From a virus, in the IMG/VR virus record IMGVR_UViG_3300047160_000733: a stretch of DNA of 64,000 nucleotides; one strand, given 5' to 3'. Of this stretch, positions 15,036 to 24,169 are shown piece by piece. Position 1 is the stretch's first letter, and every line of letters begins with the position of its first letter. The notes beneath the pieces were generated by a model. It was not told the DNA's origin and did not search any database. It saw only the letters and a program-made list of their open reading frames with translations. The position numbers and the translations under genes were made by a program.

Positions 15036-15278
15036 ATGGGATTCTTCACCAAGGAGCCGCCTTGTGATCACAACTACATTGTAACATCTATGCGTTATGT
15101 TGAGTACGTTGGATACCAATCAATGAGGTTTACCGTATTTACTCGCGTAGCTGCCACCTGTGTTAACTGCCACCAAGAGGAATTTGGAGAGTTTGCTGGT
15201 AAACTAACTGTTGACACAGTCAAGAAGTTGTACGATGATAGAACACCAAAAGAACGAGAGGTATATATAGATGTGTAA
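15036..15278 (+). CDS. hypothetical protein, possible zinc-binding
   Basis: 80 aa with CDH...CVNCH. Confidence 0.6.
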   Translation: MGFFTKEPPCDHNYIVTSMRYVEYVGYQSMRFTVFTRVAATCVNCHQEEFGEFAGKLTVDTVKKLYDDRTPKEREVYIDV

Positions 15279-15603
15279 ATATGTTGTTGACTTTTCATCC
15301 CTACAAGATAGCATCTTGGGTAAATGTATCCTGTCAATGATGACAGAGCGCGGAGGCATTCTTTCTGTATGGGATCACCAGAAGCGTATGTCTGTTTATG
15401 ATGGCGGTAGCCACAGACTGATTATCTCAATCGAGGACACGGTTGAAGGATTCACTACGATTGTTGCGTTCCTCCGTCTAATGGGTGGGGAGTTTCCGCA
15501 AATCAGTGGCCTCATTGAGGATATAATTGCAGAGATCTATAAAGGACGCCGCATGGTTATTGTCCGTAAATTTAAAAATTGTAAGGAGATTCAAATTGCG
15601 TAA
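15271..15603 (+). CDS. hypothetical protein
   Basis: 110-aa ORF. Confidence 0.6.
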   Translation: MCKYVVDFSSLQDSILGKCILSMMTERGGILSVWDHQKRMSVYDGGSHRLIISIEDTVEGFTTIVAFLRLMGGEFPQISGLIEDIIAEIYKGRRMVIVRKFKNCKEIQIA

Positions 15604-16075
15604 CTTAACATTCCGAGACATCTTAGCCCTGCCACGCGCTCCAGTGGATAGTGACTACAGCGACTACATTACTTCAGCTATTCGTTACGGGGCTATTGAT
15701 AGTCCTCTGCGTGGTGCTTATGATGACCTGTATGAAGACAAGATCTTTAAGGATATTACCATCGGCGTATTGATTGATGACTACACAAACTTCCGTGGTA
15801 CTGATATCTTTGTCTTGACGTACTTAGGGAAGGATGCATGTTTTGTACGTTCCGCCGGACGTGGCTGGGAGTATAGCAATAGCTTAGTCATTGATGAGGA
15901 GGCTTATGAAGCAATGGTTAATTATATTACCTCTATCATGTTAGCTCATCAAATGGGGGAAGGAGATCCAATTGAGGGCTTAGATCTTGATTCCTGCGCT
16001 ACAGATTTCCTAAACTACTACGGTAGCCAGTGGGGATTGAAGGAAGATTCTAATATTTTGGAAAGATTGTATTGA
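15596..16075 (+). CDS. hypothetical protein
   Basis: ORF-track 15527..16075 trimmed to the TTG at 15596, 6 nt after AAGGAG. Confidence 0.55.
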   Translation: MRNLTFRDILALPRAPVDSDYSDYITSAIRYGAIDSPLRGAYDDLYEDKIFKDITIGVLIDDYTNFRGTDIFVLTYLGKDACFVRSAGRGWEYSNSLVIDEEAYEAMVNYITSIMLAHQMGEGDPIEGLDLDSCATDFLNYYGSQWGLKEDSNILERLY

Positions 16076-16100
16076 CATCGCACAGGTGAGGGGTTATCCT
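16072..16100 (+). promoter_or_regulatory. possible sigma70-type promoter
   Basis: TTGACA-N17-TATCCT. Confidence 0.4.
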
Positions 16101-16134
16101 ACCCTCACTGAAGCAATCAAAGGTAGTTAATAAA

Positions 16135-17073
16135 ATGACGATCAGAAAAGAAGCAAAAATCTCAGATGTAAATCGCGGACACACAAAAAAGGAAGATATC
16201 TACCGTTTCTTTGGGGTTATTAACGGAGAGAAGTTGGTTAAGCGCTTTAGAAATAAGCGCGGTAACTCAGCCCAGCGCGGGATTGATTTTGAATTGACAT
16301 ACGATGATCTTCTTACCTTTGGCAATAAGCTGCTGGGGAGAGGGAAGTGCGACTACTCAGGAGTCACATTCTCTCCCGTCGCTGGCAACGATATGTACCC
16401 ATCAATAGAAAGAATAAATGATGATATTGGGTATGTACGTGGTAATATCGCTATTGTTACTGTTAGGGCTAACATGTTGAAGGATTATTTCTTCCATCAA
16501 AACAGTAATGAAATGAGTATCACTATCAGTAAGAAGGATAAGACTCTTATGAAGGGTATTTATAGCTTCATGGCTGATAAAAGTGAACAGAAGCGCGTTG
16601 CTGAACAGTACAAAGTCCGTGTGAATGTTGAAAAAATCAAAGAACTTAAAGAACCTATTACTAAAGAGGAACCAGTTGTGACCAAACAAATCCAAGAAGA
16701 AGAAAAAGCCCCTGTATCCGCCGTGGTTGAGTTAGAACAGAAAACTGGGGCGGTTAGTCACCATCTGCCAGAAGACGTCGTAGTGGCCCGTGGGTATGCC
16801 GGATTGGCTACTTCCATGCATAATATTGGTGTTGTCTTCGAGATGACCTTTGCACAGTACAAAGCGGCCTATATGACCAAGCGCTGCCCGTTCACAGGTC
16901 GCCCTATCGAAGGGATACCGTTCGCTGTTGTTTTTGACCGTACAAAACCTATCGCTGTGGGCAATATCTGTTTCACGTCTGAAGATATTGCTATGGCAGT
17001 AACAAACCTTCTTACCGCTACTGGTGGGACATTGGGTGACTTGACTAAAAACCTTAAGCGTTTAGGAGCATAA
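16135..17073 (+). CDS. hypothetical protein with two degenerate His-Me-finger/HNH-like modules
   Basis: Module 1: RGIDFELTYDDLL...GKCDYSGVTF...PSIERINDDIGYVRGNIAIVTVRANMLK. Module 2: FEMTFAQYKAAYMTKRCPFTGRPI...VVFDRTKPIAVGNICFTSEDIAMAV. An acidic/lysine-rich linker joins them. Confidence 0.6.
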   Translation: MTIRKEAKISDVNRGHTKKEDIYRFFGVINGEKLVKRFRNKRGNSAQRGIDFELTYDDLLTFGNKLLGRGKCDYSGVTFSPVAGNDMYPSIERINDDIGYVRGNIAIVTVRANMLKDYFFHQNSNEMSITISKKDKTLMKGIYSFMADKSEQKRVAEQYKVRVNVEKIKELKEPITKEEPVVTKQIQEEEKAPVSAVVELEQKTGAVSHHLPEDVVVARGYAGLATSMHNIGVVFEMTFAQYKAAYMTKRCPFTGRPIEGIPFAVVFDRTKPIAVGNICFTSEDIAMAVTNLLTATGGTLGDLTKNLKRLGA

Positions 17074-17074
17074 G

Positions 17075-17326
17075 ATGAAAAATAAATTGAAGATGTACCA
17101 GCAACCAATCCCAACATCTGCACTTGTACTCCAAAAAGGTAGCATCTTGAAGGTTGACATGCGTAGCTTGGGCCGAGCATACGGAACGATCCTGATGTAC
17201 ATCTCTGGGGCTAAGGATTTGACATCCTATGAGTTATCCCACATTGATAGCTCCAACACTGGTAAATTGTGGATCTCTTTTGAACAGACCGAAGAAGTTA
17301 TGGTATTTGGGGAGGTTATGCTATGA
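17075..17326 (+). CDS. hypothetical protein
   Basis: 83-aa ORF. Confidence 0.6.
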   Translation: MKNKLKMYQQPIPTSALVLQKGSILKVDMRSLGRAYGTILMYISGAKDLTSYELSHIDSSNTGKLWISFEQTEEVMVFGEVML

Positions 17327-17577
17327 GCGAAGAACTGGCTTCTGAGCTTGATAAGACATTTGGGCGCAGACTGACAACTCATGAGATCCTTGTTTTAGAC
17401 CTGATCGGTATGCCGGAGTACAAGGTCGGTGATAAGGTGTGGGTGACACTAGACCAACCGTTCATAGTGGCTAAGATTATTTGCGGTCAGGTTATCTCTG
17501 ACCAGCCAGCTTGGTTTTATGCCCCTGCTGGTTCAACTCTCTTCACCGATGAAGAACTACTTGAGAAGGAAGATTAA
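17323..17577 (+). CDS. hypothetical protein
   Basis: 84-aa ORF, ATGA-coupled. Confidence 0.6.
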   Translation: MSEELASELDKTFGRRLTTHEILVLDLIGMPEYKVGDKVWVTLDQPFIVAKIICGQVISDQPAWFYAPAGSTLFTDEELLEKED

Positions 17578-17578
17578 T

Positions 17579-17998
17579 ATGCAACATGAATATGGTTATG
17601 AATACAACAACATCCATACAGCGAAGGATGATGAGATTCCTAAGCTTGTTGGCGATAACTACGTTAATGGCTATTTCTACATCTACAACAAAGACAAGAC
17701 AGTCTCGATCTATAACTGCATGAACAGTGAGGCTACGTTGGTTCGCACCTTGAGCCACGCCATTGATAAAGATATGGCCCGCATTCAGGTTGGTGTTTAT
17801 GCCCGTCATAATCCAGTCTCCGGCGGAGAAGACCGTATGAACAGCTACCTGCTGACGATGTATCCACGAAAAAATGAGTTTCATTCTTTTGTAACTGCCC
17901 GTTCCATTCGTAAGGGTGTTATCTACAGCCCTAAAGAAGTAGATGAACTTCATCATATCTTTACCGATTTCTATGATGATTTTGAATATATTATTTAA
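17579..17998 (+). CDS. hypothetical protein
   Basis: ORF-track 17519..17998 trimmed to the ATG at 17579 behind AAGGAAG. Confidence 0.6.
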   Translation: MQHEYGYEYNNIHTAKDDEIPKLVGDNYVNGYFYIYNKDKTVSIYNCMNSEATLVRTLSHAIDKDMARIQVGVYARHNPVSGGEDRMNSYLLTMYPRKNEFHSFVTARSIRKGVIYSPKEVDELHHIFTDFYDDFEYII

Positions 17999-18004
17999 TA
18001 TGTG

Positions 18005-18033
18005 TTGACAGCAGGGAAGCTGAGTAGTATTCT
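18005..18033 (+). promoter_or_regulatory. sigma70-type promoter
   Basis: TTGACA-N17-TATTCT. Confidence 0.5.
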
Positions 18034-18066
18034 CTAGGTATCGAAACAAAACAGAGGAAGTCAAAG

Positions 18067-18678
18067 ATGAACAGTAAAGATATCGCCAAAATCGCAGACA
18101 ACGTATTGAATATTGACCGAGTAACCCTATTAGATATTAATGGGAAATCCTATGGTTTTCCTCGCCGCATGGTCACAAACCTAATCTTCAACAGTCAGGT
18201 TGAGATGGCTAAGGTTTATGATATTATCCATAAAGATATCATTATTGATCCAGAAACTGGCGTACCTTACCCTGAACGTTGCGTGTTGGGTCTTTTCAAC
18301 CCGAAGACGGGTGCAGGTTTTATTTCCGTGACATTTACAGAGGCCAACCGTAAACTCTGCAAGGATATGTGTTCTGCCTTGATGAAGGATGAGGAGTTCG
18401 GCAGAGATACGTTTTTGAATCACATGGGCGATATGCCATCATATCAGTTAATCCCTGTGTTGACGGTTGATAAACCGAAGGTAGCAATTATTGGGTTAGG
18501 TGTTGGCAACCGACTTCCTACCCGCCTCTGCGACTATGTAAACTTAGCTGAGCAAGTTGGGTACTCAGGTTATGATGACCGTAACTGGGTGGACGGTTAC
18601 AGAGCTGTTCGTGGGGCAACGGATAATACGTCTTGGAAGGTAAGCAAAACTCGTTTCAAGAAGAAGGGGAAGAAATAA
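18067..18678 (+). CDS. hypothetical protein
   Basis: 203-aa ORF. Confidence 0.7.
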   Translation: MNSKDIAKIADNVLNIDRVTLLDINGKSYGFPRRMVTNLIFNSQVEMAKVYDIIHKDIIIDPETGVPYPERCVLGLFNPKTGAGFISVTFTEANRKLCKDMCSALMKDEEFGRDTFLNHMGDMPSYQLIPVLTVDKPKVAIIGLGVGNRLPTRLCDYVNLAEQVGYSGYDDRNWVDGYRAVRGATDNTSWKVSKTRFKKKGKK

Positions 18679-18890
18679 TGAATATCAAATATAGCTTCAC
18701 AGAGTATAATGCACACTATGATGGCTTGTTGACTGTTCAACCTTCAGGTCTTATACGCGGATCTTTCTGTTTTGAAGTTTATGCAAAAGACATGAAGAGT
18801 GGTGCGTGTTCCAGTGCAGGTATTCGACTGAACAAATCACAAATGGAAGATCTGGTTAAAACTCTTAACCACCTTATTGAGGAGTATTAA
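18678..18890 (+). CDS. hypothetical protein
   Basis: Trimmed to the ATG at 18678 (TAATG coupling, GGGGAAG RBS). Confidence 0.6.
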   Translation: MNIKYSFTEYNAHYDGLLTVQPSGLIRGSFCFEVYAKDMKSGACSSAGIRLNKSQMEDLVKTLNHLIEEY

Positions 18891-19100
18891 ATGCGAGATC
18901 CTAAAGATACAGAATGGGCAGATCAGTGGATCAGTAATGCCTTTGAGTTATTCTTCGCAGATTTACGTGAAAAACATGGTGACGTATCATACTCTTTCGC
19001 GTACACTCTGTGGCACCAAACAATCAGCCGATTAGCCAATAAAGGCTGGCAAGCAGAGATTGACCGAATCTATGGCCTACCAAAGCCTGTGAATAAATAA
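18891..19100 (+). CDS. hypothetical protein
   Basis: 69-aa ORF. Confidence 0.6.
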   Translation: MRDPKDTEWADQWISNAFELFFADLREKHGDVSYSFAYTLWHQTISRLANKGWQAEIDRIYGLPKPVNK

Positions 19101-19109
19101 GGGGATAAA

Positions 19110-19820
19110 ATGGCACGTAAATATGAACAACCTACAGTAACCAAAAGACCAGCAGACATTGTAGGGTTGGACGATGAGTACACTATCACCCATCCTGCGT
19201 ATGGGGTAATATCTCTTTCACGCCCTTCTGGTGGCAGTCAAGAGATGTTTGGGTCAGACCTTAAACACAACTCCCGTGTGACGTTGACTATCAACCGAGC
19301 TGTCGAGCATCGTAGCTTGAATACGTCATGGATCCACGATAAAAAAGAACTGATTGAGATCGATATGACTGAGCACCAGTGGGCTAAGTTTGTATCATCT
19401 TCGGGTATGTCACCAACACCATGCACTCTCCGACATGCGCCGGAGGAAGGATTCAAGTTGGAGCGTCTTCCTGAAATCATGAACCAGTCTAATGCTAAAG
19501 AGAAGGCATCGGCGGAATTCAGTGAACGTATCGCCAAACAAGTTGACGGCGGGGCTGAGGTACTTGAAAAACTGTCTGTTCTTATTGCTAATGGAAAGGC
19601 AAACAAATCTCAACTTATTGAGCTTTTGTCAGCAGCCAACAATTCCTTTGGTCGTCTTAAGACAGATGCGGTATTCGCCATTGAATGCTTCGAAGAAGAT
19701 ATGGAGCGTATTGTCGAGAGTGGTCGTACTGAGATCGAGGCGCACCTTACTAACCTCGCACACAATACAGGACTGGAAGTCCTGAAGCAGCGCAGTTTCC
19801 AGCTGGAGGATAAGAAATGA
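19110..19820 (+). CDS. hypothetical protein
   Basis: 236-aa ORF behind a GGGGA RBS. Confidence 0.7.
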   Translation: MARKYEQPTVTKRPADIVGLDDEYTITHPAYGVISLSRPSGGSQEMFGSDLKHNSRVTLTINRAVEHRSLNTSWIHDKKELIEIDMTEHQWAKFVSSSGMSPTPCTLRHAPEEGFKLERLPEIMNQSNAKEKASAEFSERIAKQVDGGAEVLEKLSVLIANGKANKSQLIELLSAANNSFGRLKTDAVFAIECFEEDMERIVESGRTEIEAHLTNLAHNTGLEVLKQRSFQLEDKK

Positions 19821-20152
19821 AAATGGTTAAGGTAAACGGGACATTTAATGTCCATCAGACGATGGATGTTAACTTTGATGCAATCAAGCGGGCATACCGT
19901 GATAATGCTTCCGTTCAAGATGTCCTATCGTTACTGGCATTTAAGTTGCGTGAAGAGCTGTGTGGCGACGGAGATGCCCGCCTTGTTCCCGATGGTAGTG
20001 AGGGACAAGGTTGGAAGTATGAAGAATACATCAACAATGGTGGTCATTACGATGGGTATTACTTCATCAAGAACGCTACGGATAAAGGTTTTGCTGTAGA
20101 AGAGGCTCTTCGCCAGCTTTGTGTCGCCTATAACGATAATAAAACTGCTTGA
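19817..20152 (+). CDS. hypothetical protein
   Basis: 111-aa ORF, ATGA-coupled. Confidence 0.65.
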   Translation: MKMVKVNGTFNVHQTMDVNFDAIKRAYRDNASVQDVLSLLAFKLREELCGDGDARLVPDGSEGQGWKYEEYINNGGHYDGYYFIKNATDKGFAVEEALRQLCVAYNDNKTA

Positions 20153-20177
20153 CTCTGAACACTGATTGAATCATAAT
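20149..20177 (+). promoter_or_regulatory. sigma70-type promoter
   Basis: TTGACT-N17-CATAAT. The -10 overlaps the 5' arm of hairpin 20176-20208. Confidence 0.55.
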
Positions 20178-20208
20178 GGCCTCACTTAAACGGTGGAGGC
20201 CATTTTTC
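20176..20208 (+). terminator. rho-independent terminator overlapping a promoter
   Basis: ATGGCCTC-N12-GAGGCCAT followed by TTTTT. Confidence 0.55.
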
Positions 20209-20211
20209 GTT

Positions 20212-20634
20212 ATGAACGTACCAGATTACAGAGTAAAAACAATTGAATCAGGAAACCTGCGTAGCGCATTAGAGGTTTCATTCGATCACCAGCTATTCTC
20301 CATCATCGTGTTGAAGAATAAAGAGTACAGTCATCCTGTGTTCGACAGACTGATTAATAAGATCTTGAAGGATGTTACTGACTCCACAGCTGAAAGAAAT
20401 AAGATGAATAAGACGTCATGGACTGTTAAGCGTAGAGAACAGAAGTTGGTAATTAAAAAGCTTGACTTCCGTAGTCGTTTTGTTAATCTGTATGGAGACA
20501 TTGAGCAAGCCAAGGATGATTGGGACTATAACAGAGCCCCAGCACATTCAAATACAAATGGTAAATTTGGCGACCTACGATCATTTCTTACAATGCGTAA
20601 GGGATCAGAATTAGACTTAGGAGATATAAAGTGA
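20212..20634 (+). CDS. hypothetical protein
   Basis: ORF-track 20176..20634 trimmed to the ATG at 20212 (MNVPDYRVK...), because the first 33 nt form the terminator hairpin. Confidence 0.6.
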   Translation: MNVPDYRVKTIESGNLRSALEVSFDHQLFSIIVLKNKEYSHPVFDRLINKILKDVTDSTAERNKMNKTSWTVKRREQKLVIKKLDFRSRFVNLYGDIEQAKDDWDYNRAPAHSNTNGKFGDLRSFLTMRKGSELDLGDIK

Positions 20635-20900
20635 AAGTAACAATTTCAAATGCTAAAAAGAATGAACTCACGCTTGGGGATATTTCCAGCCGGACAGGTA
20701 CGCCATTTGTACCATATAACAGTATCAAGGAAGATGTGGATATCTACATCGTACTTGAGTTATGGACTAACCAGCGTGTCAAAGTATTAGACATTAGGGG
20801 GAATGAATGTATCTACCTTCCAGCAGAATTGGTAATTGAAGAGGTGCAGATCGATGCTATGCAGGTATCCATTAAGAATCCACTACAGGGGGTTTTATGA
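20631..20900 (+). CDS. hypothetical protein
   Basis: 89-aa ORF, GTG start overlapping the upstream stop. Confidence 0.55.
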   Translation: MKVTISNAKKNELTLGDISSRTGTPFVPYNSIKEDVDIYIVLELWTNQRVKVLDIRGNECIYLPAELVIEEVQIDAMQVSIKNPLQGVL

Positions 20901-21094
20901 TCACCAAAGGCACTAAAGCCTGTATGCTTGACGAGAAGGATGAGATCCTTATCTTTAATGGTAAAGTTTGGGAGAAATGTTCAATTGTTGCCATCCATTA
21001 CGGCGGCGTTACAATTAACCTAATCCTAGAAGGAAAACACGAACGTAAAGTTTGGTTCTACCGTGATGAGATCGTAAATAAGGTGGTAGGTTGA
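20897..21094 (+). CDS. hypothetical protein
   Basis: 65-aa ORF, ATGA-coupled. Confidence 0.55.
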   Translation: MITKGTKACMLDEKDEILIFNGKVWEKCSIVAIHYGGVTINLILEGKHERKVWFYRDEIVNKVVG

Positions 21095-21095
21095 T

Positions 21096-21410
21096 ATGGC
21101 TGAAGAATCTTTCTATGTTGGTGGTGGTACAAATAAAGGGATCATGACAGTCTCTAAAGACCCAACAGAATCAGGTAGTAAGATGGTAAGTTACTTCAGT
21201 AATGATGATTTGGAAGAGCAGACGGAATTCCAACTCTACACATCTGTAGATGGGAGTGTCAAAGTCAATGTATCGACATCACATTCCCAACATGCTACCA
21301 TCGGTGTTCCATTGGAGGTTTTCAAACACATCCTGTTTGAAGGCGAGAAATTAAAAATTGCGGAATCTATGCGGGGGTTTAATGCTGAGCGATATTGTAC
21401 CAAGATCTAA
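21096..21410 (+). CDS. hypothetical protein
   Basis: 104-aa ORF. Confidence 0.6.
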   Translation: MAEESFYVGGGTNKGIMTVSKDPTESGSKMVSYFSNDDLEEQTEFQLYTSVDGSVKVNVSTSHSQHATIGVPLEVFKHILFEGEKLKIAESMRGFNAERYCTKI

Positions 21411-21450
21411 CATAGCCTGTTATCTGGTTCATTCTGGTGACGGGAAGAAT

Positions 21451-21663
21451 ATGCGCCTTTTAAAGGAGCCCCTGCCTCCGTTGCCTGACTGGTGCGGTAA
21501 TGATGTTCCTGTTACCTTTACAAAGGACACCACCACTATCAATTTGGAAGAGTTGTTCATTGAACTTAAGCTCCAAACTGTGACGGTTGATGAGATGTAC
21601 CGTATCTGTGAAGTCCTACTCCGCAAGGAAGAGGCAAACAATGGGAGTATTTTCCGTGAATGA
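21451..21663 (+). CDS. hypothetical protein
   Basis: ORF-track 21358..21663 trimmed to the ATG at 21451 (MRLLKEPLPP...) to avoid overlap with 21096..21410. Confidence 0.5.
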   Translation: MRLLKEPLPPLPDWCGNDVPVTFTKDTTTINLEELFIELKLQTVTVDEMYRICEVLLRKEEANNGSIFRE

Positions 21664-21847
21664 TCAAGATGCTCTTGACGCTACGATGTATTTTGTGAGA
21701 TTGTGCCGTAATCCTCCAGAGGGTTATCGTTTATCAACGATCCTCAGAGAGATTGGTATCATGTATCCTCAATACAGTGATGCGGAAATTAAAAAGTCAC
21801 TACAGCCCGCCATGCAAGAGATGGTGCAACTACTTGCTGGTAACTAA
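21641..21847 (+). CDS. hypothetical protein
   Basis: Trimmed to the ATG at 21641 (MGVFSVNDQD...) behind GGAAGAGG. Confidence 0.5.
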   Translation: MGVFSVNDQDALDATMYFVRLCRNPPEGYRLSTILREIGIMYPQYSDAEIKKSLQPAMQEMVQLLAGN

Positions 21848-21857
21848 GGAGATAGAG

Positions 21858-22073
21858 ATGTTAAGTTTATTGAAGGCGTGGTTAAATTGGTGTTTAGGTG
21901 GTTGCGGTAATTCCGTATCTATCTCTCAGTCCGGTAACGGTAAAAGCACCAACGTTGTTCAGGTTGGTAATGATATTTGGATCAACGGTGTAGAAATCAA
22001 AATTAACGAGCCTGTCCGCTCCATTAAGACCATCAATGGCGTGACTTGGGTAAACGGGAAGCGAGTACAGTAG
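21858..22073 (+). CDS. hypothetical protein
   Basis: Trimmed to the ATG at 21858 behind TAAGGAGA (MLSLLKAWLNWCLGGCG...). Confidence 0.6.
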   Translation: MLSLLKAWLNWCLGGCGNSVSISQSGNGKSTNVVQVGNDIWINGVEIKINEPVRSIKTINGVTWVNGKRVQ

Positions 22074-22083
22074 CTAACCTCAC

Positions 22084-22108
22084 GGGGCCGTACAGGCCCC
22101 TCTGTTTG
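22084..22108 (+). terminator. possible terminator
   Basis: GGGGCC-GTACA-GGCCCC followed by TCTGTTTGG. The U tract is weak. Confidence 0.35.
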
Positions 22109-22116
22109 GAGACTGG

Positions 22117-22626
22117 ATGAGTATATTAAAGAAATTGTTGTTGTGCTGCGTTTTGTCTTTGGCTCTAGTGCATCCTGCTTTGGCCCAAGAGAAAGCGAAG
22201 AAGGAGCGCGTATATCACGTATGTTCCCCAAAAGATGGTGCAAGAGATCTTCTTGCATGTAATATGTATAGGGAGGCTAGAGGAGAGGGCGAGAGAGGAA
22301 TGATGGCAGTCGGTTTTGTAACGATAAATCGCCGTGGTCATGACTCATTTCCTCCTTCCATTAAGGGTGTAGTTTATCAAAAGGCACAATTTAGCTGGAC
22401 ACTGACCAAAAAGTCGTTTAAAGTACACGACATAGAAGCGTGGGAGTTAGCAAGAGAGACAGCCAAGTTCTTGTTGGATTTAAATAAGTTTCCTTGGGCA
22501 TACGAAATGCTTGACTTCACATTCGGAAGCATCTATTATCACACCATCGGCGTTAAACCTATTTGGAGACACGCCTTAAAATATACAGCCACTATCGGCA
22601 ACCATAGATTCTACAAGGAGAAATAA
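22117..22626 (+). CDS. SleB/CwlJ-type cell-wall hydrolase with Sec signal peptide (endolysin candidate)
   Basis: Signal peptide MSILKKLLLCCVLSLALVHPALA|QE. CNMYREARGEGERGMMAVGFVTINR...VVYQKAQFSW matches the Hydrolase_2 (SleB) signature as I recall it. Confidence 0.8.
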   Translation: MSILKKLLLCCVLSLALVHPALAQEKAKKERVYHVCSPKDGARDLLACNMYREARGEGERGMMAVGFVTINRRGHDSFPPSIKGVVYQKAQFSWTLTKKSFKVHDIEAWELARETAKFLLDLNKFPWAYEMLDFTFGSIYYHTIGVKPIWRHALKYTATIGNHRFYKEK

Positions 22627-22923
22627 ATGTCTTATTCTTTTTCTTTCAACGTTAAACGTCTGATCCTTACTATCGCTATTAGCGCTGGCGTAGCTCTCGG
22701 GATTATCCACTTGTTTGAGAATAATTTCTTCTTTAACGTGCTCAATGAGCAGGGTGAGCTGTTGGTAAAACAATCCGCTGCACCGTTCATGGTCATCGGT
22801 GCCATCTTTGGATTACTGGCCCCAAAAGTATCTAACACACTGGTAGACATTGTTATGCATCTAACCCGATCAAAAGCTGAAAAGGAAGCATCCAAAACTG
22901 AAAAAGGCAAAGTGGATGAATAA
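22627..22923 (+). CDS. holin-like small membrane protein
   Basis: 98 aa, two TM helices, charged C-terminal tail (KAEKEASKTEKGKVDE). Starts 1 nt after the endolysin stop. Confidence 0.5.
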   Translation: MSYSFSFNVKRLILTIAISAGVALGIIHLFENNFFFNVLNEQGELLVKQSAAPFMVIGAIFGLLAPKVSNTLVDIVMHLTRSKAEKEASKTEKGKVDE

Positions 22924-24169
22924 GAAACTCAACTTTAGCAGCCGAAAGGCTGCTGTTAGGAAGGTGCTGGAGCATAACATTGCTCCAGCCTTGGTGGCAA
23001 AGTCTGTCGGGATCTCGACAAAAACAATGTTACGATACCTTGATGAATTCTACCCAGTAACAGATGATCGTCCTTACGAGTTGGTTAATGCCAAAACTGC
23101 CAGTTTGGGGGAGTTTCCGTGGGGTGTTAAAGCTGACACACTGGTTGATGTTATCTTGTATCAAGACAACGAGTTGTGTACTGGTATGGCTATGTCATTC
23201 ATTTGGCGAGGTATTAACCGAATAAAAGCATACCGAGTAACTAAAACAAAAGAGGGTATTATTGAAATGCAAAGAGCAATGTTCCTTAAAGATCTTAAAA
23301 AACGCCCAGATGTGGACAGATTCTTAGATGCTGGCTACTGCTACCTTCGAGATTTCAATTTGCGGACTGCCGAGGGACCTCAGGCGGTATGCCTACACAC
23401 TGTCAGTAAGGCGTACAAAGAGAAACGTTGTATGCAGTTGTCTTCATTAGACTTAACTGACGTATTGTTAGTTAAACCGGATATTGCAATGACTAAATGG
23501 GTTATTGCTGAAAACTACCAGTTCAGCGACCAGAGTAGCGGTGCGGTTGTTGATGTTCTACGCCGTAACGGTGATGTATCTTGTCGTGTTCCGGCGGTAA
23601 CGGTTGTTGGTTTCAAGGAAAAACAAGAACGTATGGGTTATTCTCCGCAGGATATCGTCGCTATTAGGGTGTGTGAGCGCATGTTTCTTCATGGTGAGTT
23701 AAGTGACATGACTTTCGTAAACGGCGGGAATATGCCGTTATCTCTGGTAGCCGCCCCTCGGGATACCCTGATCGACGTGATGTACCACACTGGCCTTGTT
23801 TCTAAGCGCTCAGCTTTAAAAAATTTGGACTGGGATCAGTTCTACAACAGACCATTCCGTATCGTTGCGTGGCGTCTGCACAAAGCTGATAAGTTAACCA
23901 CTGACAGTGGGGAAGAACTAACCACGTATTTTGGGTACAAAGACCCAACATATTCTGAACATAAGCCTGTGGAGGACGCTGTGGAAGGGTTTGACAATAT
24001 CAGTATTGTATCTGGTTGTGTTGTAGCGTATCGTACTGGAGAGATCGCTCACCCTGTCTTGGTACTGAAAGAAAAGCGCCCTATCGAGTACATGAAGATT
24101 TGCAGTCTCATGGGTCTTGGGGATGAAGAAGGAATCAAAGACGTATTGAGAGGTATTTTTGACAAATGA
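22916..24169 (+). CDS. hypothetical protein with N-terminal helix-turn-helix
   Basis: VAKSVGISTKTMLRYL is an HTH-like segment. 417 aa. Confidence 0.65.
   Translation: MNKKLNFSSRKAAVRKVLEHNIAPALVAKSVGISTKTMLRYLDEFYPVTDDRPYELVNAKTASLGEFPWGVKADTLVDVILYQDNELCTGMAMSFIWRGINRIKAYRVTKTKEGIIEMQRAMFLKDLKKRPDVDRFLDAGYCYLRDFNLRTAEGPQAVCLHTVSKAYKEKRCMQLSSLDLTDVLLVKPDIAMTKWVIAENYQFSDQSSGAVVDVLRRNGDVSCRVPAVTVVGFKEKQERMGYSPQDIVAIRVCERMFLHGELSDMTFVNGGNMPLSLVAAPRDTLIDVMYHTGLVSKRSALKNLDWDQFYNRPFRIVAWRLHKADKLTTDSGEELTTYFGYKDPTYSEHKPVEDAVEGFDNISIVSGCVVAYRTGEIAHPVLVLKEKRPIEYMKICSLMGLGDEEGIKDVLRGIFDK

Noticed and set aside
17543-18064. 173-aa minus-strand ORF
   Set aside because: Antisense shadow of 17579..17998. 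It crosses the plus-strand promoter at 18005-18033.
20176-20211. ATG at 20176 as gene start
   Set aside because: These 33 nt form the terminator hairpin ATGGCCTC...GAGGCCAT-TTTTT and overlap the promoter -10. The in-frame ATG at 20212 is preferred.
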